This document shows positions 10,032 through 19,049 of a stretch of 64,000 bases of DNA, one piece after another; position 1 is the stretch's first letter; each line of letters opens with the position of its first letter. This stretch comes from an uncultured Pseudomonadales bacterium (GTDB taxonomy: Bacteria; Patescibacteriota; Microgenomatia; UBA1400; CAYNMC01): the NCBI GenBank assembly GCA_964414895.1, contig CAYPXO010000002.1, forward strand, positions 35,211 to 99,210, written 5' to 3'. Both the position numbers and the translations under genes were made by a program. The notes beneath the pieces are model-generated. The model did no database searches. It was not told where the DNA came from and was given only the letters and a program-made list of their open reading frames with translations.

Positions 10032-11291
10032 TTATCCATAAAACTTCTTCAAACAGCCAATTACCCTCTCAGCATCACTTAAACTCATTTTAGGATAAGT
10101 TGGCAGGTTTATCACTTTTTTGACTGCTCTCTCAGCGTTGGGACAACTGCCTAGCTTATAGCCAACCCTTTTCAAATTTGTTCCTTTAGGAGCAATTACT
10201 TTACTATACCAATTGCCCAAAATTATTTTTCTTTTTTTTGCAAATTTTAACAATTTTTCTTGTTTTTCAACCAATATGGGAAATCTTAAAAAAATAGGCC
10301 GGTAATCCTTTAACAATTTTGGAAATTGAATATTTTTCATACTTGATAAATTATTAATATAATATTGAGCAATTTTTGGTCTCTTTTTATTAAATTCTTC
10401 TAATTTATTAAACTGTTTAAGGAGTAAAGTTGCTAAACCATTGGGCAATTTTTTTGGATAATCTTTCAGCTTCTCACCAATCTTTTCCTTTCTTTTAACA
10501 GGAAAGTCAAGCAAGCCGATCTTCTGCATTAAAAATAAAATCCCCTTACCTAAACTAAATTTACCAATCCTAAAGCAAAAATAGGCAGGGATAACTAAAG
10601 AAAAAATAATCGGGTGGCCTAACTGTTTAAAAATCCAAAAACTGGAAGGAAAGTCAAGTTTTTGGTAAATTCTTTTCACTCTGGCGGCAAGAAATTTATC
10701 TCCGGTAATCAAAACTCCTCCAAAAACAGAAGAAATCACTTTATCTCTGCCAGAGGAAAAAAAAGCAAACTTTCCAAACTGACCAATTTTCTTTTTCCCG
10801 AAAGTCGCTCCTAAAGACTGAGCACAATCCTCTATTAAAATCAGTTTATGTTTTTTAGCAATCTTTAAAATCTTTTGTAAATCGTCGGGAATTCCAAAAA
10901 GATTTTGAACAATGATAGCTTTTGTCTTTGAGGTGATCTTCTTTTCTAAATCAACAACATCAAGAGAAAATGAATTTTTCCTAATATCGACAAAAACCGG
11001 TTTAAGGCCGGCAAAGCGAACACTATTAGCAACAACAACACAAGAAAAAGCCTGGAGAATAACTTCACTTCCCTTTGGTAAAGCTAAAGCCTGCAAACCA
11101 ACCTGCAAAGCTGAACGTCCGCTATTAAAAGAAAAAGCAAAAGGAACTTTAAAATACTCTTTAAATTTTTGTTCTATTTTTCCAATCGCTTCTCCTTTTT
11201 TCCAAGAAAAGGGAAAAAACAGCTGATTAACTGCCAAAAAAACATCATCCGGAAAGGTATTTGGAGATAGAGAGATGATAACAGGTTTCAT
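10032..11291 (-). CDS. DegT/DnrJ/EryC1/StrS-family PLP enzyme
   Basis: NSGRSAL, IEDCAQSLGA, FSSGRDK (PLP lysine), INLPTYP. Confidence 0.85.
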   Translation of the reverse strand: MKPVIISLSPNTFPDDVFLAVNQLFFPFSWKKGEAIGKIEQKFKEYFKVPFAFSFNSGRSALQVGLQALALPKGSEVILQAFSCVVVANSVRFAGLKPVFVDIRKNSFSLDVVDLEKKITSKTKAIIVQNLFGIPDDLQKILKIAKKHKLILIEDCAQSLGATFGKKKIGQFGKFAFFSSGRDKVISSVFGGVLITGDKFLAARVKRIYQKLDFPSSFWIFKQLGHPIIFSLVIPAYFCFRIGKFSLGKGILFLMQKIGLLDFPVKRKEKIGEKLKDYPKKLPNGLATLLLKQFNKLEEFNKKRPKIAQYYINNLSSMKNIQFPKLLKDYRPIFLRFPILVEKQEKLLKFAKKRKIILGNWYSKVIAPKGTNLKRVGYKLGSCPNAERAVKKVINLPTYPKMSLSDAERVIGCLKKFYG

Positions 11292-11319
11292 TGAATTTTA
11301 AATTATTTTCGGCGTTTTA

Positions 11320-12771
11320 TTAGGAAACTATTTCTTTTTTTGTTTTTAATTTTTTAAATAAGCTAATAACATTTTTTGGCACTCTTCCTTCCAGCAAAAC
11401 TACCCAATTGCTATTTAATTTTTCACCTAGCCACTTTAAAATCTCCACTTCATTTTGAGAAACCAAAAACTTTTTCTCAAACTGTTCCTTTGCTCCTTTT
11501 TTAAAATAAAAAGCAAAATTCTCATTGGTAATCACCACTTTGTCAGCAACCTTGGCTAGAACTGCTCCCAATTGCTGATGTATTTCCTCACTTTTCTTAC
11601 CTAATTCTATAATACCGGGTGTTACAACTAATTTTTTCCTTTTATACTCAGCAATTTTTTCTAAAGCTCTGAAAAAACCATCAGGGTTACTGGAATAACT
11701 ATCATCAAAGAGTAAATATCCTTCCTTTGTCTTTCCTTTTTTAAATTGAAGCTTTTTTCGTAACTTAGGAATGAACCTTCTCATTTTTGTCTTGGGAATC
11801 TTCAAGTAATCTCCTATTTGCCAGGCTGCTTCAATTGCTTCCTCATACTTTTTTATTTTTCTTCCATAAAGTAAAGAGTTTAACTTTCTACGCCTCTTGG
11901 ATAAACTTAAAGTATATTTATTTCTGGCATTAAACAAAGCTAAACCATCAGCTGGCAGGCTTTTTATCAATTCATATTTAGCGGCTTTGGTATTGGCTAA
12001 ATTCCCAAAAAGAGCTAAATGTTGAGCGTTTATTCCTGTTAAAACCCCAATCTTAGGTTTAACTAGTTGACATATTTCTTCTATTTCTCCTCTTTTATAA
12101 GCCCCCATTTCCACAACAAAAATTTGATGACTCTTATCTAAAGAAAACAGAATAGTTTTAGCCACCCCTATTTGCGTATTGGTATTAGCCGGTGTTCTGG
12201 CAACTTTGTATTTTAAAGAAAGCATCCCAGCAATTACTTCTTTGGTAGAGCTTTTTCCAAAACTACCAGTAATCCCAATAACCAGCAGAGCGTTAAGCTC
12301 TTCTATTTTCTTTTTAGCAAAAAAAACTATAAATCTTTTTGCCGGCCAAAGAAGCAAGGAAAAGAAAAAAGTAATCAGCGAAGTCAAAAGCGGAGTAAAA
12401 TAATAAAAGACAATAATGATTAAAAAAAGGGTTAAAACAAAGCGCTGGTTAAGCAATGAGGACTTAATCAATGGCCGATAGATCAAGAAAAGCAATTGAT
12501 AGCCAATAAAAAAGTGGCTAAAAACTGTCAGTATTGTTCTAAAAGTAATCTTTGGATATTTATTAAAGGGATAAAAATTCAAAAAATTAAAATAGCGCAA
12601 TAGCTCTTTTTTATCTCCTTTATTGCTGATTCTGACCAAAAACCTATCCAATCGATACTCAACAATTTGCCATAAATATAAACAATAAAGGGAAAACTTA
12701 AGAATTTGAAAAATTAAAAAAAAGAAGAAAAGACAAACAAAAAATCCAAAAAAAACCATTATCGCTAACAA
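11320..12771 (-). CDS. murF: MurF-like Mur ligase with N-terminal membrane segments
   Basis: GITGSFGKSSTKE, NTQIG, VEMGA, DDSYSSNPDG, TPGIIELG. Confidence 0.8.
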   Translation of the reverse strand: MLAIMVFFGFFVCLFFFFLIFQILKFSLYCLYLWQIVEYRLDRFLVRISNKGDKKELLRYFNFLNFYPFNKYPKITFRTILTVFSHFFIGYQLLFLIYRPLIKSSLLNQRFVLTLFLIIIVFYYFTPLLTSLITFFFSLLLWPAKRFIVFFAKKKIEELNALLVIGITGSFGKSSTKEVIAGMLSLKYKVARTPANTNTQIGVAKTILFSLDKSHQIFVVEMGAYKRGEIEEICQLVKPKIGVLTGINAQHLALFGNLANTKAAKYELIKSLPADGLALFNARNKYTLSLSKRRRKLNSLLYGRKIKKYEEAIEAAWQIGDYLKIPKTKMRRFIPKLRKKLQFKKGKTKEGYLLFDDSYSSNPDGFFRALEKIAEYKRKKLVVTPGIIELGKKSEEIHQQLGAVLAKVADKVVITNENFAFYFKKGAKEQFEKKFLVSQNEVEILKWLGEKLNSNWVVLLEGRVPKNVISLFKKLKTKKEIVS

Positions 12772-13469
12772 AAAGAAATAATTTCTCTTGCTACTTTTTC
12801 TACCAATTTAAAAGGCAAGCCGTGATCGCCGTCTTTAAAAACTTTCAAACGAGAATCTTTTATTTCTCCGGCAAAAATATAAGCATCGGCTACTGGGGTA
12901 ATTTTATCCTTTTTTCCCCATAAAATCAAAGTGGAAACTTGAATTTTCTTCAAGAGTGGTTCTAGTCTTTCCCTAAGAACATTCCTCATTGTCAATTTCA
13001 AAAACTCATCAGCCCGGAAATAATCTTGCTCTCTGGCTAATTTATAAAGAAACCAAACAGCAAATCTTCTAAAAAAAGAAAAAGGAGGAAGAAGAAAAAA
13101 AACTTTTCCTGTTTTGGCTAAAAGTAAAAAAATGGCTTTTTTAAAATTATTTTTTGGATCAATACCGGAGCTGGCGATTAAAATTAACTTTCTTGCCCTA
13201 TTTCCCCGGCTTAGAAACTTTACTGCTAACTGGCCGCCAAAAGAATGACCAACCAAAACAGGATTGTCTATTTTTTTCTTGGCTAAATAATCTTCTAACC
13301 AATCAGCATAATCCTTAAGTTTCCAAGCCTTGGTTAACTTCTTTTCAAAACCAGGCAAAGAGGGTAAAAAAACTTTAAATTTCTTCTGCAAGATCTCAAC
13401 CAGTGGCTGCCACCGAGATAGCCTTGACTGCCAGCCGTGAAGAATAACGATTGTTCGCCTTTGTTTCAT
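12765..13469 (-). CDS. Alpha/beta hydrolase
   Basis: LHGW, GHSFGG nucleophile elbow, WGKKD, GDH. Confidence 0.9.
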   Translation of the reverse strand: MKQRRTIVILHGWQSRLSRWQPLVEILQKKFKVFLPSLPGFEKKLTKAWKLKDYADWLEDYLAKKKIDNPVLVGHSFGGQLAVKFLSRGNRARKLILIASSGIDPKNNFKKAIFLLLAKTGKVFFLLPPFSFFRRFAVWFLYKLAREQDYFRADEFLKLTMRNVLRERLEPLLKKIQVSTLILWGKKDKITPVADAYIFAGEIKDSRLKVFKDGDHGLPFKLVEKVAREIISFC

Positions 13470-14800
13470 TACTTCCCCTCCAGTCTTTTTATTTTTGCTC
13501 CCAGTTGACGAAGCCTCCCATCCAAATCCTCATAACCTCTATCAATATGCTCTACTCCCTCCAAAACTGTTTCTCCACCATCAGTTACCAAACCAGCCAA
13601 CACTAAAGTTGCCCCCGCCCTTAAATCGCTAATTTTTGCTTTTATCCCCTTTAACCGCCTTGACCCTTTAATTTGAATGCCATGAGGATAACCTTGCCAA
13701 TCATTCTCTAAATTAAAATTATAAAATTCTCCAGGGTCATCAACAGTCGGATGGAAAAAAGATATCTCCGCTCCCATCCTTCTTAAGTCTTTTACATATC
13801 CAAAGCGGCTAAGATAGATTGTTTCTATAATCGTTGTTATTCCTCTTAGTTGAGTAGCCAGCACTGCCCACAAAGGTTGCCAATCGGTCATAAAGCCGGG
13901 ATAAGGCTGAGTTACTATGTCTAAGGCGGAAAGAGGTTTTTTATAAAAAAAGCGAATCCCATAATTTCCTACCTCAAAACCACCACCGGCTTCTTCCAAT
14001 TTTTCCAAAAATGTCCTTAAATCTTTACTGCGAGCATTTTCCACTACAATATCTCCTTTAGTCATAATGGCTGCCACCGCATAAGAAACGGCCTCATTTC
14101 TATCGGGCATAATTTGATAAATTACCGGCTCAAGTTTAGCTACACCATAAATATCAATTCTTCTGTTAGTTCGTCTTTTAACTTTTGCTCCCATTTTATT
14201 CAAAAACTCTATAAGGTCGTCAACTTCCGGCTCCTCGGCAGCATTCTCCAAAGTTGTCTTACCTTTGGCTAAAACCGCCGTCATTATCAAAGCCTCTGTT
14301 CCCGTATGGGTATTTTTGTCAAAACGGTAGTTGGCACCAACAAGCTGAGAGCAACCAGCCTCAATTACTCCCCTTTTTACTTTTAGACTAACTCCAAATT
14401 TTTCTAAACCCTTAAAATGACGTTCAAGTGGACGGGGACCAATTTTGTCTCCTCCGGGAAAAGGAACAACTGCTTTGTTAAAGCGCGAAAGAAGAGGACC
14501 AATGAACATTGTTGAAGCTCGTGAGAGCCGGCCCCATTTTTCAGGAATAGCAAATCTATTGACTAAAGAAGTATCTATTAAAAGAGTCCTCTCACCGCAC
14601 TTTCGAATTTTTCCTCCCAAAAGACAAATAATATCTTTAGTTGTTTGAACATCGGCAATTTTAGAAAAATTAAGAAGCCGTGTCTCTCCTTTAGCCAATA
14701 AAGAAGCAATCATTAATTTGAAAGAGGCGTTTTTTGCTCCGCCCAAGCGAACTGCCCCTTTTAAAGGACAACCGCCTTCGATAATTAATCTTTTAGACAT
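13469..14800 (-). CDS. murA: UDP-GlcNAc 1-carboxyvinyltransferase MurA (Asp-type)
   Basis: GAKNA, RAS, PGGDKIGPRP, NAAEEPE, PYPGFMTDWQ, DLRAGA, HIDRGYE; start taken at ATG 14800. Confidence 0.96.
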   Translation of the reverse strand: MSKRLIIEGGCPLKGAVRLGGAKNASFKLMIASLLAKGETRLLNFSKIADVQTTKDIICLLGGKIRKCGERTLLIDTSLVNRFAIPEKWGRLSRASTMFIGPLLSRFNKAVVPFPGGDKIGPRPLERHFKGLEKFGVSLKVKRGVIEAGCSQLVGANYRFDKNTHTGTEALIMTAVLAKGKTTLENAAEEPEVDDLIEFLNKMGAKVKRRTNRRIDIYGVAKLEPVIYQIMPDRNEAVSYAVAAIMTKGDIVVENARSKDLRTFLEKLEEAGGGFEVGNYGIRFFYKKPLSALDIVTQPYPGFMTDWQPLWAVLATQLRGITTIIETIYLSRFGYVKDLRRMGAEISFFHPTVDDPGEFYNFNLENDWQGYPHGIQIKGSRRLKGIKAKISDLRAGATLVLAGLVTDGGETVLEGVEHIDRGYEDLDGRLRQLGAKIKRLEGK

Positions 14801-14817
14801 AAAAATAAGCCAAGGGG

Positions 14818-14889
14818 TCACAGCGGGTGTGATCTTTCGCCTACCTGTCCCCTAGCAAATAGTTCTGGGGCGGCTCACGCCCGGTGTGA
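14818..14889. repeat. Pair of short imperfect palindromes TCAC..GGTGTGA
   Basis: TCACAGCGGGTGTGA 14818-14832 and TCACGCCCGGTGTGA 14875-14889 in a GC-rich intergenic gap. Confidence 0.5.
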
Positions 14890-14902
14890 AAGAATTGGCA
14901 CA

Positions 14903-15778
14903 CTAAAATTCCCCTAAAAAGAAAATCTCCGGTTCGAGTTCTATCTTACAGTCCATCTTCACTTTTTTACAAACCAGCTTAATTAATTTTACAACTTGTT
15001 CGGCTTTACCTCCACCAACGTTGATAAAAAAATTAGCGTGTCTCTCACTTATTTTTACCCCTCCTATTTTCTTGCCTTTCAAACCTACTTTATCAATCAA
15101 ATAACCGGCCGATTTACCTTTAGGGTTTTTAAAAATACAGCCAGCTGATTTGCCTTTCGGCTGATTGCTTCTTTCCTTTAATGTTTCCTTTATTTTTCTC
15201 TTCAAAGTACTTTCATTCTCTTTGTTTAATTTAAAACTAGCGCTAAGAACTATCATCCCTTTTTTTCGTAAGCTCGACCAGTCATAAGAAAAATCCAAGT
15301 CCTTCTTTTTAAAAACTTTTCTTTCAAGATTTTTATTTAAAACTTCCACTTTCTCCAAACAGTCGGAAAAAAAGTGATCCTTCCAATGACTGTTATTATA
15401 AACTGCTCCACCAACTGTTCCCGGCAGGCCAGCGAAAAATTCCAAACCTCCTAAACCTCTATTCACCGTTTCTTCTACAATTCTATTCACCATCACTCCT
15501 CCTTCGCAATAGGCTTTCTCATTTTGAATTTTGAATTTTGAATTTTGAATTTTTATTACCAATCCCCTCACTCCCTTATCAGCTACCAATAAATTACTTC
15601 CCCCACCTAAAATATAAAAAGGTAATTTTTTGGCTTTTGCCCAGTTAACGGCTTTGACAATCTGCTGGCTGTTTCTAGCCTCAAAAAAATAATCGGCCGG
15701 CCCGCCAATACCAAAAGTAGTAAAAGGAGCCAAATCAATATCCTTTTTAATCTTGAATTTTAATCTTGAATTTTGCAT
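14903..15778 (-). CDS. murB: UDP-N-acetylenolpyruvoylglucosamine reductase MurB
   Basis: TTFGIGGPAD, LGGGSNLL, GLPGTVGGA, SAGCIFKNP, HANF, LEPEI. Confidence 0.96.
   Translation of the reverse strand: MQNSRLKFKIKKDIDLAPFTTFGIGGPADYFFEARNSQQIVKAVNWAKAKKLPFYILGGGSNLLVADKGVRGLVIKIQNSKFKIQNEKAYCEGGVMVNRIVEETVNRGLGGLEFFAGLPGTVGGAVYNNSHWKDHFFSDCLEKVEVLNKNLERKVFKKKDLDFSYDWSSLRKKGMIVLSASFKLNKENESTLKRKIKETLKERSNQPKGKSAGCIFKNPKGKSAGYLIDKVGLKGKKIGGVKISERHANFFINVGGGKAEQVVKLIKLVCKKVKMDCKIELEPEIFFLGEF
15521..15553. repeat. In-frame heptamer array (ATTTTGA)x4.7 in murB
   Basis: Encodes KIQNSKFKIQN. Confidence 0.9.
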
Positions 15779-15786
15779 TTTAAATT
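15745..15786. repeat. Degenerate heptamer array at the murC/murB junction
   Basis: TTTTAA TCTTGAA TTTTAA TCTTGAA TTTTGCA TTTTAAA; contains murC stop and murB ATG. Confidence 0.7.
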
Positions 15787-17184
15787 ATTAATTATTTTAT
15801 CGTGCCATAAAAATATATCCCCCGCCCCTAAGGTAAAAATGACATCGCCAGCTTTAATATTCTCTTCCAAAAACCGGCAAACCGCCTGACAACCGGCCTG
15901 ATAGCAAACTTTTTTACCTCTTTTAGCAATTTCTTGAGCAAGAATCGCTCCGCTTATTTGTAAATCGGCTTTTTCTCTTGCCGAAGCATAAATCTTAGTA
16001 ATAATTATTTGATCAGCATCCTGAAAACTATCGGCAAACTCAGTTAGTAAAAACTTTGTTCGACTATAAGTATGAGGTTGAAAAATAACAACAATTTTCC
16101 TGTTGTTAAACCAAGACTTTGCCGCTTTAAGTGTTGCTTTAATTTCCAAAGGGTGGTGGGCATAATCATCGTAAAGCAGAACTTTTCCAACTTCAGCAAC
16201 TTTTTCAAATCTTCTTTCTGTTCCTAAAAAAGCTAACAAACCCTGCTTTAATTTGTCAAACTTTAATCCTAAAAAATTCCCCACCACAAAACTGGCAGTT
16301 GCGTTCAAAATATTAAATCTCCCTGGAACTTTTAAGGTTAAATCTTTAAAAACATCTCCTTTGTGTCTAAGGGAAAAAACTGTCTTTCCTGGTTCCAAGT
16401 GCCAGTCTATAATTTGCCAATCAGCATATTTGCAAAAACCATAAGTTTTAACTGGCACTTTAATTGACTGAATTAAATTAGCTACATTCTTATTATCAAG
16501 ACAAGCCACTAAAAGACAATCGGAACTAAGTTTAACAATAAAATTTCTAAAAGCTTTTAAGGTGCTCTTAATATTTGGATAAACATCAGGGTGGTCATGC
16601 TCAATATTGGTCAAAACTACAATTTTTGGTTTTTGGAACATAAACCTGGGAGTTCTATCTGAAGGAGAAGTGGCATACTCATCGGCCTCGGCCACAAAGG
16701 CTTTACCTTTTTCATTAAACCTACCAGGAAAGCCCAAAGGGAAAATCTCGCCAGCGCCGATAGCAAAACTTGGGTTTAAGCCAGCAGTTTGCAAAAGGAT
16801 AGCAATCATCGAAGCTGTTGTTGTCTTCCCACCAACTCCACAAGTAGAAATACCAATCTTTCCTTTCATAAATCTTGCCAATGCTTGAGCATGGGAAAAA
16901 GTAACAACTCCTTTTTGCTGAGCAGCAACTACTTCTCTATTAGCTTCTCCACCATGAGCACCAGTAAAAATCAGCAAGTCAGTATCTTCAGGAATATTTT
17001 CTGGAGAAAAACCAGTCTGCCATTTAATCCCTCGCCTTTCTAAAACCGCATCGGTAACAAACTCCTCTTTAACATCGCTACCGCTAACTTCCAGGCCCAA
17101 ATCTTGAGCACAAAAAGCCAGAGCCGCCATCCCAACTCCCTTAATACCGGTAAAATGAACTTTTTTGATTCTTCTTAAATCCAA
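15760..17184 (-). CDS. murC: UDP-MurNAc-L-alanine ligase MurC
   Basis: HFTGIKGVGM, GKTTT, EADEY, DHPD, DDYAHHP, FQPHTYSRT, LGAGDI; TTG start with AAGGAGG SD. Confidence 0.96.
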   Translation of the reverse strand: MDLRRIKKVHFTGIKGVGMAALAFCAQDLGLEVSGSDVKEEFVTDAVLERRGIKWQTGFSPENIPEDTDLLIFTGAHGGEANREVVAAQQKGVVTFSHAQALARFMKGKIGISTCGVGGKTTTASMIAILLQTAGLNPSFAIGAGEIFPLGFPGRFNEKGKAFVAEADEYATSPSDRTPRFMFQKPKIVVLTNIEHDHPDVYPNIKSTLKAFRNFIVKLSSDCLLVACLDNKNVANLIQSIKVPVKTYGFCKYADWQIIDWHLEPGKTVFSLRHKGDVFKDLTLKVPGRFNILNATASFVVGNFLGLKFDKLKQGLLAFLGTERRFEKVAEVGKVLLYDDYAHHPLEIKATLKAAKSWFNNRKIVVIFQPHTYSRTKFLLTEFADSFQDADQIIITKIYASAREKADLQISGAILAQEIAKRGKKVCYQAGCQAVCRFLEENIKAGDVIFTLGAGDIFLWHDKIINNLKCKIQD

Positions 17185-17230
17185 AATTCCTCCTTATTAT
17201 TTAGTATATATAGTATACTGAATAATAAGC

Positions 17231-18145
17231 TCAACTTCTTAAACCAATAATAGAGGCAAATCTTCCCTCCACTTCTCCTTTCCTTAAAGCACGAAAGTGA
17301 GAAAAAAAACGCTTATTGCAAATCGTGCAAATCCCTGTATCTTCAATATTGCCTCTTTCTACACCAAAAGAAACAAGTTTGTCTGTTATAAAGGAAGCAA
17401 TATCTAAAGATTTAACGGGGATCCTTCGCGCGCCTGCAGCCAGGCAGGCAGGCTCAGGATGACGGTTTGATCTTAGTATGTACTGCTTCCATTCCGGCAA
17501 TTTCTCTTGAATATAATGGCTGTGGACAAAGCAACATTTCCTTGCTCCCGGCCCAATAACTACCTTAATGTTGACAGGTTGACAAGCAAATTTCTTCATC
17601 ATAATCAGCAAAGTTTCTAAAAAAATTTTCTCTACCGCCCCTCGCCAGCCAACATGAACAGCAGCAACCACTCGTTTCATAGGATCAAAAAACAAAAGAG
17701 GAAAACAATCAGCCGTTTTTACCATCAAAAAAATCCCCGGTTTATCACTAATCAAAGCGTCAACTTCAGAAATAATATTAGTTAAGTGGTTTCTTCTTCG
17801 AGCGAGTCTCGATTTTAATCGAGAGGAGTCGAGAAGCTCATCTGGAATATCTTGAAAAGTTCTTAACTTCTCCCTCTCCGCCTCTTTGGCGGATCGGGAA
17901 CCGCTCGAACAATAAAAAATCTTGTTTAAATCCTGATCATCTAAAACTCTAACCTTGCTTCCGTGAACCTGATCCATTTCAAAAAGAGTCTCTAAATCAA
18001 TTCCTAATTGTCTTGCCAATCTTTTTCTATTGCCTAAAACCTTTCCATCTTCCCCAAAACGAAGGTCAATATTTCCTGAAGCCTTATCAGAAATTCCACA
18101 AACAAGCTTTTCTTCTTTTTTAAAAATTTTAAAATTTTTAAGCAC
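17231..18145 (-). CDS. pgeF: PgeF/YfiH (laccase-domain) protein carrying two in-frame palindromic insertions
   Basis: QVHG, DALIS, TADCFP, HVGWRG, IGP, CTIC, FFSHFR. Confidence 0.88.
   Translation of the reverse strand: MLKNFKIFKKEEKLVCGISDKASGNIDLRFGEDGKVLGNRKRLARQLGIDLETLFEMDQVHGSKVRVLDDQDLNKIFYCSSGSRSAKEAEREKLRTFQDIPDELLDSSRLKSRLARRRNHLTNIISEVDALISDKPGIFLMVKTADCFPLLFFDPMKRVVAAVHVGWRGAVEKIFLETLLIMMKKFACQPVNIKVVIGPGARKCCFVHSHYIQEKLPEWKQYILRSNRHPEPACLAAGARRIPVKSLDIASFITDKLVSFGVERGNIEDTGICTICNKRFFSHFRALRKGEVEGRFASIIGLRS
17420..17463. repeat. Family-A half element with nested D-like palindrome, in-frame in pgeF
   Basis: GATCCTTCGC GC[GCCTGCAGCCAGGCAGGCAG]GCTCAGGATGAC versus GATCCTTCGCTCCGCTCAGGATGAC at 60248-60272; encodes RHPEPACLAAGARRIP. 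Confidence 0.8.
17797..17909. repeat. Family-B element in-frame in pgeF, with nested TCCGCC..GGCGGA hairpin (17877-17893)
   Basis: TTCGAGCG...GTCGAGAAG...CGCTCGAA; encodes SSGSRSAKEAEREK...SRLKSRLAR. Confidence 0.85.
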
Positions 18146-19049
18146 TTTTTTTAGTTAATCTTTCTTTCATAAGCTTATCGGCTATTCCTAATTCTTCTTT
18201 GGTATTAACACCATAAGCAACCAAGGGATCATCAATCTTAAAGATCTCCACTGAGAGATTGTTTTCTACCGCCAGCCTTGCTAAATCTGTTAAATAATAC
18301 TCACCACTGGGATTTTCTTTAATTTTAGGCAAAAATCTTCTTAAAAAAGAAAGTTTAAAAAGGTAAAGGCCAAGATTTAGTTCTTTTATTTTCTTTTGTT
18401 CTTTTGTGCAAAATCTCTCCTCGACAATTTCCTTAAATTTTCCTTTTTTATCCCTTAGTATTCGTCCATAGGCAAAATGTCTTGAAGGGATAACAGTTGC
18501 CACCGTCATTACCGCCTTTCTCTTTTGATGATCGTTAATTAACTTTTTTAAGGAATCAGGAGAATAAAAAGCACAATGATCACCATACATAACCAAAATG
18601 TCTTTTTCTTCGCTTTTCATTTTTTTGACGGCATCATAAACAGCAGCCCCGGTTCCCCACCTCTTTCCTTGTCTAACAAAAATAAGATTTTCTCCATTTA
18701 ATTTATTTTTAATTGAATCAACAGCAAAATTAACTACTATAAAAATGTCTTTTATTCCTACTTTTTTCAAGCTTTTTAACCCATAAGTTATCATTGGTTT
18801 GCCGGCAAGCTTCATTATCACTTTGTTTTTTCTCTGGCAATTTAGCCTTGTCCCTTTTCCTGCTGCCAGCACTACAGCGGCAAGCTTAACCAATTTTCTC
18901 TTTGAAAAATTGTCTTTTACAGGACTTACGCGCTTTATTCTTCGAGCGATCCCGGTGTAATACCGGGAGAGTCGAGAAGTTCTCGACTTCGCTGACGCTC
19001 CGCTCGAACAGTAAGAAATACTGTGTAATTCCTGTTTCATATAATTCAT
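18138..19049 (-). CDS. GlmU-like sugar-1-phosphate uridylyltransferase domain only (no acetyltransferase domain)
   Basis: LAAGKGTR, GTGAAV, MYGD, YGRI, EYYLTD, GVNT; start either ATG 19049 (ATGA overlap with murE stop) or TTG 18893. Confidence 0.8.
   Translation of the reverse strand: MNYMKQELHSISYCSSGASAKSRTSRLSRYYTGIARRIKRVSPVKDNFSKRKLVKLAAVVLAAGKGTRLNCQRKNKVIMKLAGKPMITYGLKSLKKVGIKDIFIVVNFAVDSIKNKLNGENLIFVRQGKRWGTGAAVYDAVKKMKSEEKDILVMYGDHCAFYSPDSLKKLINDHQKRKAVMTVATVIPSRHFAYGRILRDKKGKFKEIVEERFCTKEQKKIKELNLGLYLFKLSFLRRFLPKIKENPSGEYYLTDLARLAVENNLSVEIFKIDDPLVAYGVNTKEELGIADKLMKERLTKKSA
18941..19008. repeat. Family-B element between murE and the core of the glmU-like gene
   Basis: TTCGAGCGA TCCCGGT..ACCGGGA GAGTCGAGAAG TTCTCGACTTCGC..CGCTCGAA. 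Confidence 0.85.
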
